Origin: an uncultured SAR86 cluster bacterium | Lineage (GTDB): Bacteria; Pseudomonadota; Gammaproteobacteria; Magnimaribacterales; D2472 | Direction: 5' to 3' | Length of the DNA stretch: 64,000 bases | NCBI GenBank assembly: GCA_902558395.1 | Contig: CACEDS010000001.1 | Location: forward strand, 72,180 to 136,179 | Shown: piece by piece, positions 45,623-57,553 of the stretch | Layout of the letters: every line of letters starts with the position of its first letter | Position numbering within the stretch: the first letter of the stretch is position 1 | Program-made: the position numbers and the translations under genes | The notes under the pieces: model-generated | Seen by the model: only the letters and a program-made list of their open reading frames with translations | Database searches by the model: none | Told to the model about the DNA's origin: nothing

Positions 45623-46603
45623 TTAATTAGTAGTCATGCTTATGATCATTTTATCTACATCATCCCAGAAATTTTTTTTAGATAAGCCTTTGCTAGTAAG
45701 ATCAAGCTCATAAACATTTTTTTGCAACGATATAAGTTTTTGTAAAGAATGAAACTTAATGAAATTCATATAACTAGCAATTTTGCTACTCCAGATGCCT
45801 GACTTTTCAAGACTTAACTTAGGGTTTGTGTTTTGTTTTGCAATAGTCGAACTAGTAACAATTTTTCCAATTATCCAAACCAATAGAGGAGCATAATGTG
45901 CCTCAGAATCTTTTATTGAGCTTGTAATTCTCAATGCATGTCTTGTATTTAAATTTGTAAGAGCATCTTCAAGCTCAAAAGGTTCAAACTCAGCTGAATC
46001 TGTATAAAAAAGATGAGAAATATCAACACCATCTTTGTAAATTAATTTAAGGATATTTATTTCATTTTGTTGAGCAACCAGGTTCCCGGCATTCAATTCG
46101 TATATATTTTGTATAAGATTCTTTCTATCTTGTTCAGGAATAAATTCTAACTGTGCTTTCAACCAGATTTTTTCTTCAAAAGATTTCAATTTACTACACT
46201 CAATAATGAGCGCATTTTTTTCCATTGCTTTATATAGTTTTGTTTTACTATTTAATTTTTCGTTATGAGAATTAATAATAATGGCAATATTTTCGTTATT
46301 AAAAATATTTTCTATTTGAAATATCTTTTCTATTTTATCTGGCAATCGTCCTTGATCATGGCTTATATCAATTATCAATTTTGACCCAAAAAGAGACCCA
46401 CCAGAACTCTCAATAATAATCTGCTCAATGTTATCAAAATTTTCTTTGGTTATAAGCCTTCTTTCATTAAATCCTTTTTGAGATAAATACTCTTTTATTA
46501 AATCTTTTGAATTATTTCTCAGAACGACCTCAGAGCCAAATATAAAAAAAATATTTTGAGATTTCTCTAGATATTTTCCTAGAGAGAGCGATTCACATTT
46601 CAA
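45623..46603 (-). CDS. holA: DNA polymerase III delta subunit
   Basis: 326 aa. Weak motif support, but it holds the conserved position in leuS-lptE-holA. Confidence 0.75.
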   Translation of the reverse strand: MKCESLSLGKYLEKSQNIFFIFGSEVVLRNNSKDLIKEYLSQKGFNERRLITKENFDNIEQIIIESSGGSLFGSKLIIDISHDQGRLPDKIEKIFQIENIFNNENIAIIINSHNEKLNSKTKLYKAMEKNALIIECSKLKSFEEKIWLKAQLEFIPEQDRKNLIQNIYELNAGNLVAQQNEINILKLIYKDGVDISHLFYTDSAEFEPFELEDALTNLNTRHALRITSSIKDSEAHYAPLLVWIIGKIVTSSTIAKQNTNPKLSLEKSGIWSSKIASYMNFIKFHSLQKLISLQKNVYELDLTSKGLSKKNFWDDVDKMIISMTTN

Positions 46604-47081
46604 AGAGACTAACCTCTAGTAGTAATTGGTTATATATTTCATTATTAATAATTTTTTTTAGACTTTCGACTGTCTCTTGTTCAGCAAAAGGATTTAGCTC
46701 GCTCGATTTATGTCTTTTCATTACTTTAATACTTTTATTTTTTGTTTTTGATTCACTAATAATTTCAAGTTGGACGCTTACAGTTACTTCACCTTCAAGC
46801 GACCTTAGTGACGATCCAGCATATATATTGTAATTATTTGAATAAAAGTTTTTTAAATAAATGCGAGTTTTTTTTTCATCATCAAGCGTTGTATGATTGA
46901 AAGATATATCTAATATTTCCTTAAGAGAGTCAGGAATGGAATCATCAAAGTAGACCAAATAGTTTTCCCTACTATTGGGACCTAATGCTATTTGACTATA
47001 ACTACAGCTTGAAACAACAAATATAGAAATAAAAAAAATTAAATAATAACGAAGCTTCATAAAATTTATCTTAACTAGCAA
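46593..47081 (-). CDS. lptE: LPS-assembly lipoprotein LptE
   Basis: 162 aa with a lipobox (FVVSSC). Conserved position between leuS and holA. Confidence 0.65.
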   Translation of the reverse strand: MLVKINFMKLRYYLIFFISIFVVSSCSYSQIALGPNSRENYLVYFDDSIPDSLKEILDISFNHTTLDDEKKTRIYLKNFYSNNYNIYAGSSLRSLEGEVTVSVQLEIISESKTKNKSIKVMKRHKSSELNPFAEQETVESLKKIINNEIYNQLLLEVSLFEM

Positions 47082-47117
47082 ATAAAAAATATTAAAGTAA
47101 TAAGAAAAATAAATTAA

Positions 47118-49532
47118 CTAGATAACAAAATTAATGATTTTTCCCTTGATATAGATTACTTTTTTTATATTTTTACCATCAAGATTGATGGCAACATTCT
47201 CAATTTTTTTTGCCATTTCCTCTATTTGGTTTTGAGTATCTTCAATTCTAGCAGTTGTTTTGCCTCTAACCTTTCCATTAATTTGTATTACTAATTCAAA
47301 TTCAGATACTTCTAATAAGCTGTCTTCAACTTTTGGCCACGAGGATTCTATCTCTTCTGGAGCATTCAAGTTATAAAAATGATTCCATAAGAATTCTGAT
47401 ACATGAGGGGCAATAGGATTAAGAGTTTTAAGAATAATAATTATTGTTTCATTTAAGCAATATTTTTTTGAGTTTGATGCATCTTTATCTTTAAAATCAT
47501 CCGGTATAGCATTTAGTAGCTCCATTATTGAAGCTATGGCAGTATTAAATGAAAATCTTGTTTCAAAATCATTAGTAACTTTTTTTAGTGTTGTATGTGT
47601 TTTTCTTCTTAAATCTAGTTCTTCTTTTGAAAAGTTATCTGGAATATTAATGTCTTCGTAATTTCTGCATACAACTAAATTCCACACCTTTTTTATAAAT
47701 CTTGATGCTCCCTCGACTGAAGATTCAGACCACTCTAGGCTTTGTTCTGGTGGGGCAGTGAACATCATATAAAGTCTTACGGTATCTGCGCCGTATTTAT
47801 CAATGTAGGACTGTGGATCAACTGTATTACCCTTTGATTTTGACATCTTTGCACCATCTTTAAGAACCATGCCTTGCGTTAAAAGTTTTTTAAATGGTTC
47901 ATTGCCCTCAACCATGCCCATGTCTCTAAGGGCCTTATGGAAAAATCTTGAATAAAGTAAGTGCAGTATTGCATGCTCAATACCGCCAATATATAAATCT
48001 ACAGGAAGCCAATACTTTGAATTTTCATCAAAAATTTCACTATCATTATCTGCAGAAGTAAATCGAGCGTAGTACCATGATGAATCCATAAAGGTATCAA
48101 ATGTATCAGTCTCTCTTTCAATCCCATCGGATATTTTATAAAACTCTTCGTTCTGACTTAGGGGAATTGGCGGAGAATCTTTTGGTAACTCAGGAAGAAC
48201 TACAGGAAGTTCATTTTCTTCAACTAATTTAGCATTACCATTTTCATATATAACAGGTATTGGACATCCCCAATATCTTTGTCTGCTCACGCCCCAGTCT
48301 CTTAATCTAAATTGTATAAGTCCCTCACCAAGTTTTTTTTCACTTAGCTCTTCAATGATTTTTTTTGATGCTGAATCAGAATCTAAATCATTATATTTAT
48401 CAGAGTTAAGCAAGATTCCTCTGGTAAGAACAGGTAATTCATCATTGGTACTGCTTGATATAACTTGCTTGATATCAAGGTTATATTTTGAAGCAAATTC
48501 AAAATCTCTCTGATCATGCCCAGGAACACCCATAACAACTCCCGTTCCATAATCAAGAAGAACAAAATTACCAATCCATACTGGAATTTCTTCATCCGTA
48601 AGCGGGTGAATAACCTTCATTCCAGTATCAATACCAAGCTTTTCGGCTTTTGCCATATCCGCTTCTGCAGAAGATGTTTCTTTGCATTGCTTAAGGAAAG
48701 ATTCTATCTTTTTATCATGTTCCGATAGATTTAAAGCAATTTTATGATTAGGAGAAATAGCTACGAACGAGACACCATAAATCGTATCAGGTCTTGTTGA
48801 GAAAGCAGTTAGATATTCTTCTGAATCTTTAATTTGATATTTTATTTCTGCTCCATGAGATTTTCCTATCCAGTTTTCTTGCATAGTTTTTACATTTTCT
48901 GGCCAATCAACTTCGTTTAAAGATGATAGTAACTCATCAGCATAATCAGTAATTTTTATAAACCATTGATCAATCTCTTTAATTTCTACTGGAGCTCCAG
49001 ATCTCCATCCTTTACCATCTATTACTTGCTCATTTGCAAGAACAGTTTCATCTATGGGATCCCAGTTAACTAGAGATTTTTTCTTATATACAAGACCTTT
49101 TTCAAAGAACTTTTTAAAGATTAATTGTTCCCATTTATAATATTTTGGCTCGCAGGTTCTTAACTCTTTTGACCAGTCATATCCTAAACCTAGAGATATG
49201 AGCTGTTGTTTCATGTGTTCTATGTTGTCATTTGTCCATTCTTTTGGACTTACTTCATTTGCTATCGCTGCATTTTCTGCTGGCAACCCAAATGCATCCC
49301 ACCCCATTGGTTGAAATACATTAAAGTTGTTCATTCTTTTGTATCTAGATATTACATCACCAATGGTATAGTTTCTGACATGGCCCATATGTAATTTACC
49401 TGACGGATATGGAAACATTGAGAGGCAATAATATTTTTCACGATTATCTGGTTTTGCTTCAAATCTGCCATCCTCAATCCACTTTTTTTGTGCAGATTCT
49501 TCAATTTTTTTTGGATTATATTCAGCTGTCAT
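47118..49532 (-). CDS. leuS: leucine--tRNA ligase
   Basis: 804 aa with the HIGH-type motif (HMGHVRNY) and KMSKSKGN. Confidence 0.97.
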   Translation of the reverse strand: MTAEYNPKKIEESAQKKWIEDGRFEAKPDNREKYYCLSMFPYPSGKLHMGHVRNYTIGDVISRYKRMNNFNVFQPMGWDAFGLPAENAAIANEVSPKEWTNDNIEHMKQQLISLGLGYDWSKELRTCEPKYYKWEQLIFKKFFEKGLVYKKKSLVNWDPIDETVLANEQVIDGKGWRSGAPVEIKEIDQWFIKITDYADELLSSLNEVDWPENVKTMQENWIGKSHGAEIKYQIKDSEEYLTAFSTRPDTIYGVSFVAISPNHKIALNLSEHDKKIESFLKQCKETSSAEADMAKAEKLGIDTGMKVIHPLTDEEIPVWIGNFVLLDYGTGVVMGVPGHDQRDFEFASKYNLDIKQVISSSTNDELPVLTRGILLNSDKYNDLDSDSASKKIIEELSEKKLGEGLIQFRLRDWGVSRQRYWGCPIPVIYENGNAKLVEENELPVVLPELPKDSPPIPLSQNEEFYKISDGIERETDTFDTFMDSSWYYARFTSADNDSEIFDENSKYWLPVDLYIGGIEHAILHLLYSRFFHKALRDMGMVEGNEPFKKLLTQGMVLKDGAKMSKSKGNTVDPQSYIDKYGADTVRLYMMFTAPPEQSLEWSESSVEGASRFIKKVWNLVVCRNYEDINIPDNFSKEELDLRRKTHTTLKKVTNDFETRFSFNTAIASIMELLNAIPDDFKDKDASNSKKYCLNETIIIILKTLNPIAPHVSEFLWNHFYNLNAPEEIESSWPKVEDSLLEVSEFELVIQINGKVRGKTTARIEDTQNQIEEMAKKIENVAINLDGKNIKKVIYIKGKIINFVI

Positions 49533-50871
49533 TTTTCAAAAACTCATTTTCTAAATAGTTAATTGTATGCTTATTAGCAACAAAAGTTTCATCATGAAGA
49601 ATTCTTTGATGAAGAGAATGATTGGTTTTAATACCATCAATAAAAAATTCATCTAATGCACTTATCATTCTTTTAATAGCGGAATTTCTTGAATTAGCTT
49701 GAGTTATTATTTTTGCTAAAAGGGAGTCGTAATAGGGTGGAACAGTATAACCGCCATATATGTGCGAATCGTACCTGATGCCAAAACCACCAGGTATATG
49801 CATTTTGGTTATTTTTCCTGGAGAGGGCTGGAATGTCTCTGGATCCTCTGCATTAATCCTACACTCCATCGCATGACCATTAAAATTTATAGATTCTTGG
49901 CTTAAAGATATTTCCATGCCAAGGGCAATTCTTAGTTGAGCTTTGACAATATCAAATCCAGTTATCATTTCTGTAACGGGATGCTCGACCTGAATCCTTG
50001 TATTCATTTCAATGAAGTAGAATTCACCATCTTCATATAAGAATTCAATTGTTCCCGCTCCTTCATATTTAAGTTGTTTACATAAATTGATGGATGCCTC
50101 ATAGGTTTGCTCAAGTGAATTTTTATCTATATTTTTTGCAGGGGCTTCTTCAATAATTTTTTGATGCCTTCTCTGCATACTACAATCTCTAGTTCCTAAA
50201 TGTATCGCATGGCCTTTACCATCACCTACAACTTGAATTTCGATATGCCTTGGATTGGGAATAAATTTCTCTAAATAAATTTTTTCATTACCAAAGGCAT
50301 TTTTTGCCTCTTGCATGGTTATCTCAGCGCTTGAAATAAGATCATCTTCGTTTTCAACAACTCTCATACCGCGACCACCGCCACCAGCAGTTGCTTTAAT
50401 CATGATTGGATATCCTATTTCTTTTGCAATTTTTTTAAATTCTTCAGGATCTTCTGGAATATCATTTTTATAACCTGGAACAATCTGAATACCAGAGTCT
50501 TCAGCTAATGTTTTAGCAGTTATTTTATCTCCCATATTTTTTATAGTCTCAGAGCTTGGGCCAATAAATTTAAAACCACTTTTTTCACACATCTCTGCAA
50601 AATTAGAATCTTCGGCAAGAAAACCATAACCAGGATAAATAGCATCTACTTGAGTTAATTCAGCAGCTGAAAGAATCGCTGGTGTATTAAGATAGCTTTC
50701 AAGCGGAGATGCTGGGCCGATACAGACTGTTTCATCTGAAAATTTCAAGTGTTTTAAATCCTTATCACCTTCTGAATATACTGAAACAGTAGAAATATTT
50801 AATTCTTTGCAGGCTCTTATAGCTCTAAGGGCTATTTCGCCTCTATTTGCGATGAGAACTTTAAAGGACAT
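49522..50871 (-). CDS. accC: acetyl-CoA carboxylase biotin carboxylase subunit
   Basis: 449 aa, ATP-grasp: [26 protein letters not shown]..., [10 protein letters not shown]. Confidence 0.97.
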   Translation of the reverse strand: MSFKVLIANRGEIALRAIRACKELNISTVSVYSEGDKDLKHLKFSDETVCIGPASPLESYLNTPAILSAAELTQVDAIYPGYGFLAEDSNFAEMCEKSGFKFIGPSSETIKNMGDKITAKTLAEDSGIQIVPGYKNDIPEDPEEFKKIAKEIGYPIMIKATAGGGGRGMRVVENEDDLISSAEITMQEAKNAFGNEKIYLEKFIPNPRHIEIQVVGDGKGHAIHLGTRDCSMQRRHQKIIEEAPAKNIDKNSLEQTYEASINLCKQLKYEGAGTIEFLYEDGEFYFIEMNTRIQVEHPVTEMITGFDIVKAQLRIALGMEISLSQESINFNGHAMECRINAEDPETFQPSPGKITKMHIPGGFGIRYDSHIYGGYTVPPYYDSLLAKIITQANSRNSAIKRMISALDEFFIDGIKTNHSLHQRILHDETFVANKHTINYLENEFLKNDS

Positions 50872-50877
50872 GATAAT

Positions 50878-51315
50878 TTAGTTAATTGTTATGATATGTT
50901 GTCCGTACTCGACTGGTTGCCCATCTTCTACGTCAATTGAAACTATTTTACCGCTAAAATCAGATTTTATTTCATTCATCATTTTCATAGCTTCAATGAT
51001 GCAAAGAATATCACCTTCTTGAACTTCATCACCAACTTTTATAAAAGGATCCTTATCAGGACTTGGTTTTCTATAAAAAGTCCCAACTATTGGTGATATG
51101 ACTTTGTTACCCTTAACTTCTTCTTGAGGTATTTCTTCTTGAGAGACAATATTGGAAGCCTCATGAACAACTTGTTTTTGTATTATTGGTTCTGATGTTT
51201 GAGAGCTATTGTTTCTTGAAATACGAACTGATTCGTCTCCTTGGCTGACTTCTATCTCCTTAAGATCTGAATCTTGTAACATTTCTATTAATTTTTTAAT
51301 CTTTCTAATATCCAT
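50878..51315 (-). CDS. accB: biotin carboxyl carrier protein
   Basis: 145 aa with the biotinylation motif EAMKMMNEI. Confidence 0.95.
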   Translation of the reverse strand: MDIRKIKKLIEMLQDSDLKEIEVSQGDESVRISRNNSSQTSEPIIQKQVVHEASNIVSQEEIPQEEVKGNKVISPIVGTFYRKPSPDKDPFIKVGDEVQEGDILCIIEAMKMMNEIKSDFSGKIVSIDVEDGQPVEYGQHIITIN

Positions 51316-51759
51316 CTATTTCTCCAAATTATTTTTAATAGCATCATTGAGTGCTAATTCATAACCCTTTAAACCCTGTCCTGAGAATACTTTTTTTGCT
51401 ATATCAGAAAGATATGAAAATTTTCGAAAATCTTCTCTATTATTGATGTCTGAAATGTGCACCTCATAGAATGGTATTTCCACTCCAGAAAGAGCATCTC
51501 TTATTGCTATGCTTGTATGAGTGAAAGCACCTGGATTAATTACAATTGAGCTAATATTATTCTTGAATTTGGCATCATGAATTGCATTAATTATTTCATG
51601 CTCAGCATTAGTTTGTACGCAATGTAATTTATGGCCTTGATTCTGAGCAATAAGTACAAGATTTTCCTCAAGCTCTGATAAGGTTATCTCACCATATATG
51701 TCTATTTCTCTCATACCTAATAAATTTAAATTAGGTCCATTTATTAATAAAATGTTCAT
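51316..51759 (-). CDS. aroQ: type II 3-dehydroquinate dehydratase
   Basis: 147 aa with LINGPNLNLLGMRE and INPGAFTHTSIAIRDA. Confidence 0.95.
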   Translation of the reverse strand: MNILLINGPNLNLLGMREIDIYGEITLSELEENLVLIAQNQGHKLHCVQTNAEHEIINAIHDAKFKNNISSIVINPGAFTHTSIAIRDALSGVEIPFYEVHISDINNREDFRKFSYLSDIAKKVFSGQGLKGYELALNDAIKNNLEK

Positions 51760-51801
51760 TTTTAAGATTTTAACAGAATTTAAGCGAAATTTGATATATT
51801 T

Positions 51802-52218
51802 TTACAGAAGTTTATGTATTTGAATTGGATAACAGATACCTGCATCTGCACAGCCTTGGTATTTTATCAATATATTATTTAAATCCAACCCTATAGATTT
51901 ATTTAATTTAATTAATATTTTGTCTCTAAATATTTTACTTTCACCAAAGAACTCATCGTTATGGATAGATTCCTTAGACTCCAAAACTTCAAAGTTTAAT
52001 ATTTCATAATTATTTTCAATTTTTATACTTTTAGAATACAAGTAGTATCCTTCCATAACATCCCATGAAATCAATATGGAATCATCACTTATGGTTGTTT
52101 CAATATCAAAGGCTTCATTAGCAGGTAAGACATTATTTTGCTTAATTAAAAAATCAGACGCATTCGAATTAGAGTATAAATTTAAAGATAGGAGTATAAT
52201 TGCAATAAATTTCATCAT
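51802..52218 (-). CDS. periplasmic DsbD N-terminal (alpha) domain only
   Basis: Signal peptide (MMKFIAIILLSLNLYS), then GYYLYSKSI, DEFFGESKIFRD and YQGCADAGICYP, matching E. coli nDsbD including both redox Cys. The ORF stops 9 residues later. Start taken at Met 52218 or 52215. Confidence 0.75.
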   Translation of the reverse strand: MMKFIAIILLSLNLYSNSNASDFLIKQNNVLPANEAFDIETTISDDSILISWDVMEGYYLYSKSIKIENNYEILNFEVLESKESIHNDEFFGESKIFRDKILIKLNKSIGLDLNNILIKYQGCADAGICYPIQIHKLL

Positions 52219-52279
52219 AGAGTGTAAAGAATAAACTTCTAAGTTATTAAAATAAAGTACAACATTATTTATAAGAATC

Positions 52280-53287
52280 ATGAGAACTATGCTTTTAAAA
52301 TTTTTTTTTCTTATACCGTCGTGGTTTTTTAATATCTTTATAAAAAAGAGACCTCCCTATAGAGGACATATTTTTGACCAACAGTCTCAAGCTTTAATTA
52401 GCCTTCAACCATCAATAGATCTTTCGACTATACCAGATAAGGAAATTTCTGATATTAGAAAGTTAATCACAGAAAATAGAATTAAAAACAAGTTATCACT
52501 GGGCACAAAAAATCCCGTCATAAAGCTCGACCACTTTGTAGGTAATGATAAAAATATTTTACTTCGTGAATATAATCCTGATTCTATAAATACTGATAAG
52601 GTGGTTTTATTTTTCCATGGTGGCGGATATGTATTAAATTCTGTTCAAACGCACGACGATACAGTTTCTTATATGGCTGAAAAATTACAGGCGAGATTTT
52701 TTTCTTTAGAATACAGACTTTCTCCTGAGAATAAATATCCAGATTCATTAGATGATGCGTTATTTGCTTATGAATGGTTAGAGAAAAATGGATATACATC
52801 GGATAATATTTCTGTATGTGGGGATAGTGCAGGCGCTCACTTAGCGGCTTCATTGGTTCATAAACTTATAGCTGATAACGACGACAGACTTCCTGACAGT
52901 CAGTTCTTGATTTATCCTATGTGTGATCCTGAATGTATATCTGAATCTTATGATGACCTAGCAGAAGGTTATTTGCTAACAAAGAAAACGATGATTTGGT
53001 TTTGGGAAAAATTTGGCAAAAGTGAAGAGAACATAAAAGACCAAGTGTTTAATTTACTGAAGTTAGATACTGATTTGGCAATGCCTAACACTATAATTAT
53101 TACTGCTGGATTTGATCCTTTGTGCGACGATGGAGAAAAGTATGCATATTTGTTGCATGAAAAAGGAGATAAAGTAAAACAATTGCATTATCCTAATATG
53201 TTTCATGGCTTTGCATCTGCAACACGAATCAAAGCTGCTCAAATAGCTGTGGATGATTTTTTAAGAGAGTATAAAGAAATACTATGA
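52280..53287 (+). CDS. alpha/beta-hydrolase esterase/lipase, HSL (family IV) type
   Basis: 335 aa with the oxyanion motif HGGGY, nucleophile elbow GDSAGA and a C-terminal HGF. Confidence 0.8.
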   Translation: MRTMLLKFFFLIPSWFFNIFIKKRPPYRGHIFDQQSQALISLQPSIDLSTIPDKEISDIRKLITENRIKNKLSLGTKNPVIKLDHFVGNDKNILLREYNPDSINTDKVVLFFHGGGYVLNSVQTHDDTVSYMAEKLQARFFSLEYRLSPENKYPDSLDDALFAYEWLEKNGYTSDNISVCGDSAGAHLAASLVHKLIADNDDRLPDSQFLIYPMCDPECISESYDDLAEGYLLTKKTMIWFWEKFGKSEENIKDQVFNLLKLDTDLAMPNTIIITAGFDPLCDDGEKYAYLLHEKGDKVKQLHYPNMFHGFASATRIKAAQIAVDDFLREYKEIL

Positions 53288-54882
53288 GTAATATATTAGA
53301 AATTAGCAACTTAACTATAAATTTTGCTACCAGGGATGGTAGTTTTAAAGCAGTAGATAATATAAGTTTTAATATAGAAAGTAATAAGACAATGGCGCTT
53401 GTTGGCGAGTCTGGATCTGGAAAATCTGTTACTGCAATGTCTATTCTTCAATTATTGCCAAGACCTCAGGCATCATATTCGCAAGCTTCATCCATAAAAT
53501 TTAAAGGAGATGAAATAATTGATGCTCCTAATAATAAATTGCTAAACATAAGGGGTAACATCGTTTCAATGGTTTTCCAAGAACCAATGACATCATTAAA
53601 TCCATATCATAGAGTTGGCGATCAAATAACAGAGTCAATATTACTTCATACTGACAGTACAAAAAAAGAAGCTATAGATGAAGCTAGAAAACTCTTAGAA
53701 CTTGTAGAAATCGATGACATAGAAAGAAGATTTTATGCATATCCTCATGAATTATCTGGTGGTCAAAGACAAAGGATCATGATCGCAATGGCATTGGTTA
53801 ATAAACCCCAATTACTCATAGCAGATGAGCCTACCACCGCATTAGACGTTACTATTCAGGCTCAAATTTTAGATTTGATGTCTAAATTAAAAAATGAATT
53901 AGGTATGTCAATTTTATTTATAACTCATGATCTTGGTTTAGTTCAGCAGTTTTCAGATCATGTATGTGTAATGAAAGATGGAATTATTGTTGAGCAAGGA
54001 GTTACATCAGATGTTTTTAATAATCCGGGTCATGATTACACCAAAAGACTTTTAGATGCCGAGCCAAAACCTAAAGAAACTAGCACTATAAGTAAAAATC
54101 CAATAATACAAGTAGATAATTTAAATGTTTACTACAACATTCCTTCTGCAAATATTTTTAAAAAAAGTACGTTCCATGCTGTAAAAGATGTTTCATTTAA
54201 AATATTTGAAAACACAACGATTGGATTGGTGGGTGAATCTGGATCAGGAAAATCAACTCTTGGAAAAGCAATTGCAAATTTGATTTCTTATGAAGGCGAT
54301 GTATTTTTTAAAGGCAAAGATCTTAATTCAAATTCTTCTAAAGAAAAGAAAGAGCTAAAAAAGAATATCCAAATAGTCTTTCAAGATCCTTATGGCTCCC
54401 TTTCACCAAGGATGACAATTGGAGAGATAGTTGGAGAAGGGCTAGGAGTTCATTTCAAATTATCAAAAAAAGAAAGAGAATTAAAAATAGATAAGGTTCT
54501 ATTAGATGTAGGAATAGAAGTTAATGCAAAAAATAAATATCCACATGAGTTTTCAGGAGGTCAAAGACAGAGAATTGCTATTGCAAGATCATTAATAATG
54601 AATCCTTCATTTATGATTTTAGATGAACCTACTTCTGCATTAGATAGATCAATCCAAATACAAGTAATAAATCTTCTTAAGAGTATTCAAGATGAATATG
54701 GCTTGACCTATCTTTTTATCAGTCATGATTTAAAAGTTATAAGATCAATGTCAGATTATATTTTTGTAATGAAAAATGGTGAGATTGTTGAGTCTGGAAT
54801 TTCAGAGGAAGTTTTTGATGAACCAAAAGAAGAATATACTAAAAAACTATTAACAGCTGCTTTAAGGTATGCATCTGAATAA
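53284..54882 (+). CDS. fused double ABC ATPase of the peptide/opine (DppD-DppF, YejF-like) type
   Basis: 532 aa with two Walker A motifs (GESGSGKS twice) and two signatures (LSGGQRQR, FSGGQRQR). No permease or binding protein adjacent. Confidence 0.9.
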   Translation: MSNILEISNLTINFATRDGSFKAVDNISFNIESNKTMALVGESGSGKSVTAMSILQLLPRPQASYSQASSIKFKGDEIIDAPNNKLLNIRGNIVSMVFQEPMTSLNPYHRVGDQITESILLHTDSTKKEAIDEARKLLELVEIDDIERRFYAYPHELSGGQRQRIMIAMALVNKPQLLIADEPTTALDVTIQAQILDLMSKLKNELGMSILFITHDLGLVQQFSDHVCVMKDGIIVEQGVTSDVFNNPGHDYTKRLLDAEPKPKETSTISKNPIIQVDNLNVYYNIPSANIFKKSTFHAVKDVSFKIFENTTIGLVGESGSGKSTLGKAIANLISYEGDVFFKGKDLNSNSSKEKKELKKNIQIVFQDPYGSLSPRMTIGEIVGEGLGVHFKLSKKERELKIDKVLLDVGIEVNAKNKYPHEFSGGQRQRIAIARSLIMNPSFMILDEPTSALDRSIQIQVINLLKSIQDEYGLTYLFISHDLKVIRSMSDYIFVMKNGEIVESGISEEVFDEPKEEYTKKLLTAALRYASE

Positions 54883-54887
54883 AAATT

Positions 54888-56549
54888 ATGACAAATAGAA
54901 AATTTTCAAAAGATCTTGTAGATGGCCCAAATCAAGCTGCCTCAAGATCTATGCTTAGGGGAGTCGGGTTTACGTCTGAAGACTTTAAAAAACCATTTGT
55001 TGGCATAGCATCAACTGGTGCAAAGGTCACTCCATGCAACATGCATATAAATCAATTAGCTGATGTAGTTGAGCATTCTATTGATAACTCTGGTGGCAAG
55101 GGAGTTCTATTTAATACAATTACCGTCTCAGACGGAATATCTATGGGAACTCAAGGAATGAAATATTCCTTAGTTTCAAGAGAAGTTATAGCTGATTCAA
55201 TTGAAACTGTTGTAGGGTGTTTGGGCTATGACGGTGTCATTGCTATTGGTGGATGTGATAAAAATATGCCTGGCTGCATCATTGGTTTAGCAAGGCTTAA
55301 TAGACCTTCTATATTTATATACGGCGGTTCAATAAAACCGAGTTCTGAAAATACTGATTATGTTACTGTCTGCGAAAAGACTGGAGAATTTTCAAAAGGT
55401 GAATTAGAAGAATCTGACTTAATCCATGTTGAGAAAATTTCAGTCAAAGGCCCTGGTTCATGTGGCGGCATGTATACAGCAAATACAATGGCATCAGCAA
55501 TTGAAGCGCTTGGAATGAGTTTGCCTGGTAGCAGTAGCCAAGATGCGACTTCTGAAGATAAGCAAAAAGATTGTATTGATTCGGGTCAGGCAATTATGAA
55601 CCTTCTAGACAAGGACATAAAACCTTCTGACATAATGACCAAGGAAGCATTTGAAAATGCAATTACTGTGGTTATATCACTTGGAGGTTCTACAAATGCA
55701 GTTTTGCATATGTTAGCAATGGCTCATGCTATTGGTGTGCAATTAGATTTAGATGACTTTACAAGAATTGGTAAAAAGACTCCTGTTATGGCAGATTTAA
55801 AGCCTTTCGGTTCTCATTACATGTCAGAACTAAATGCTAACGGAGGTATACAACCTCTCATGAAAACACTTCTTGATAAGGGTTTACTTCATGGAGAATG
55901 TTTAACGGTTACTGGCAACACTCTAGCTGAAAACTTATCCAATGTTACACCTTATGCAGATAATCAAAATATTATTAGGAGCTTTGAGAATCCAATTAAG
56001 ACAACAAGTCATCTTAGAATACTATATGGAAATCTTGCATCAGAGGGTGCTGTGGCAAAAATAACAGGAAAAGAGGGAACTTCTTTTGAAGGAAAAGCCA
56101 GAGTTTTCAATTCTGAAGAAGAGGGTGTAGAAGCGATATTAAATAAATCTATTGAAGCTGGTGATGTGGTTGTTATTAGATATGAAGGACCAAAGGGAGG
56201 TCCTGGAATGCGTGAAATGTTGAAACCAACATCTGCAATTATGGGCCAAGGCTTAGGAGATAAAGTAGGATTTATTACAGATGGAAGGTTTTCAGGTGGT
56301 ACCCACGGATTTGTGGTCGGGCATATTACTCCTGAAGCTGCTGATGGTGGCGTAATTGCTATTGTTGAAGACGGAGATACTATTCTAATTGATGCTGAGA
56401 AAGATGAACTAACACTCAAAGTATCATCAGAAGAAATTGAAAAAAGATTAGCAAATTGGATAAATCCAAAAAACCCACCTCAAAAAGGAGTTTTGTCAAA
56501 ATTTGCTAAAAGTGTAAAATCTGCAAGCCTTGGGGCTATTACAGATTAA
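54888..56549 (+). CDS. ilvD: dihydroxy-acid dehydratase
   Basis: 553 aa with [17 protein letters not shown] and GRFSGGTHG. Confidence 0.97.
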   Translation: MTNRKFSKDLVDGPNQAASRSMLRGVGFTSEDFKKPFVGIASTGAKVTPCNMHINQLADVVEHSIDNSGGKGVLFNTITVSDGISMGTQGMKYSLVSREVIADSIETVVGCLGYDGVIAIGGCDKNMPGCIIGLARLNRPSIFIYGGSIKPSSENTDYVTVCEKTGEFSKGELEESDLIHVEKISVKGPGSCGGMYTANTMASAIEALGMSLPGSSSQDATSEDKQKDCIDSGQAIMNLLDKDIKPSDIMTKEAFENAITVVISLGGSTNAVLHMLAMAHAIGVQLDLDDFTRIGKKTPVMADLKPFGSHYMSELNANGGIQPLMKTLLDKGLLHGECLTVTGNTLAENLSNVTPYADNQNIIRSFENPIKTTSHLRILYGNLASEGAVAKITGKEGTSFEGKARVFNSEEEGVEAILNKSIEAGDVVVIRYEGPKGGPGMREMLKPTSAIMGQGLGDKVGFITDGRFSGGTHGFVVGHITPEAADGGVIAIVEDGDTILIDAEKDELTLKVSSEEIEKRLANWINPKNPPQKGVLSKFAKSVKSASLGAITD

Positions 56550-56554
56550 AAACT

Positions 56555-57553
56555 ATGAATGTAAAAAGAAATTTTCCAAATTCAAGACTTAGAAGACTAA
56601 GAGCAAGTGATAATTTAATTAAGTTAGTTTCTGAAACAAGTTTATCTTCTAATGATTTAATACAGCCATTATTTATTAAAGAAAATCTTGAAGGAACAGA
56701 GCCGATTGACTCTATGCCAAACATATCAAGATTCAGCGCAGACAGTATTCTTAATGAAGTAGAAGATGTATTAAATAGTGGCGTCAACTCAATTGCGTTA
56801 TTTCCTGTAATTGAAGAGAGTAAGAAAGATGATCTTGGTAAAGAGGCGCTGAATCAATCAAATCTAATTTGCAAATCAATCCAATCAATCAAAAAGAGGT
56901 TTCCAGAGATTATCATTATTGCCGATGTTGCATTAGATCCTTATACAAATCATGGGCATGATGGAATCATCAAAGATAGTTACGTCGATAACGATTTAAC
57001 ACTTGATGCATTAAAATCCCAATCACTTTTATTGGCTGAATCGGGTGCTGATATTATTGCGCCGTCAGATATGATGGATGGCAGAATTGGAATTATAAGA
57101 AAAGCATTAGAAGAAGCTAACTACAAAAATACAATTCTTTTGTCTTATGCTGCTAAATATAACTCAAAATTTTATGGTCCTTTTAGAGATGCTGTAAACT
57201 CAGCCGGCAATCTTGCAGGAGCATCTAAGTCTTCTTATCAAATGTCATTTCATAACAAAAATGAAGCCATTCATGAGGTTGCAATGGACATTAGCGAAGG
57301 CGCAGATATTGTAATGATTAAACCTGGTATGCCTTATCTTGATATAATTTCATTGGTTAAAGACACTTTTAAAGTCCCTACATTTGCATATCAAGTCAGT
57401 GGAGAATACAGCATGTTAAAACTTGCTATCAATAAAGGGTGGCTTGACGAGAATGTTATGTTAGAATCTCTTATAAGCTTTAAAAGAGCTGGTGCAGACG
57501 CAATTCTAACGTATGCAGCTAAAGAAATTTCCAAGGAGATAACAACCAAATGA
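56555..57553 (+). CDS. hemB: porphobilinogen synthase (Asp-rich, zinc-independent type)
   Basis: 332 aa. The metal site reads DVALDPYTNHGHDG (Asp-rich as in P. aeruginosa, not the Cys-rich Zn type). Active-site Lys context IVMIKPG. Confidence 0.97.
   Translation: MNVKRNFPNSRLRRLRASDNLIKLVSETSLSSNDLIQPLFIKENLEGTEPIDSMPNISRFSADSILNEVEDVLNSGVNSIALFPVIEESKKDDLGKEALNQSNLICKSIQSIKKRFPEIIIIADVALDPYTNHGHDGIIKDSYVDNDLTLDALKSQSLLLAESGADIIAPSDMMDGRIGIIRKALEEANYKNTILLSYAAKYNSKFYGPFRDAVNSAGNLAGASKSSYQMSFHNKNEAIHEVAMDISEGADIVMIKPGMPYLDIISLVKDTFKVPTFAYQVSGEYSMLKLAINKGWLDENVMLESLISFKRAGADAILTYAAKEISKEITTK

Noticed and set aside
56009-56419. A 136-aa minus-strand ORF inside ilvD. The ORFs at 9159-9458, 16048-16344, 39026-39289 and 36272-36544 are similar cases.
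   Set aside because: All are antisense shadows of strongly conserved genes, with Ser/Pro-rich, motif-free translations.
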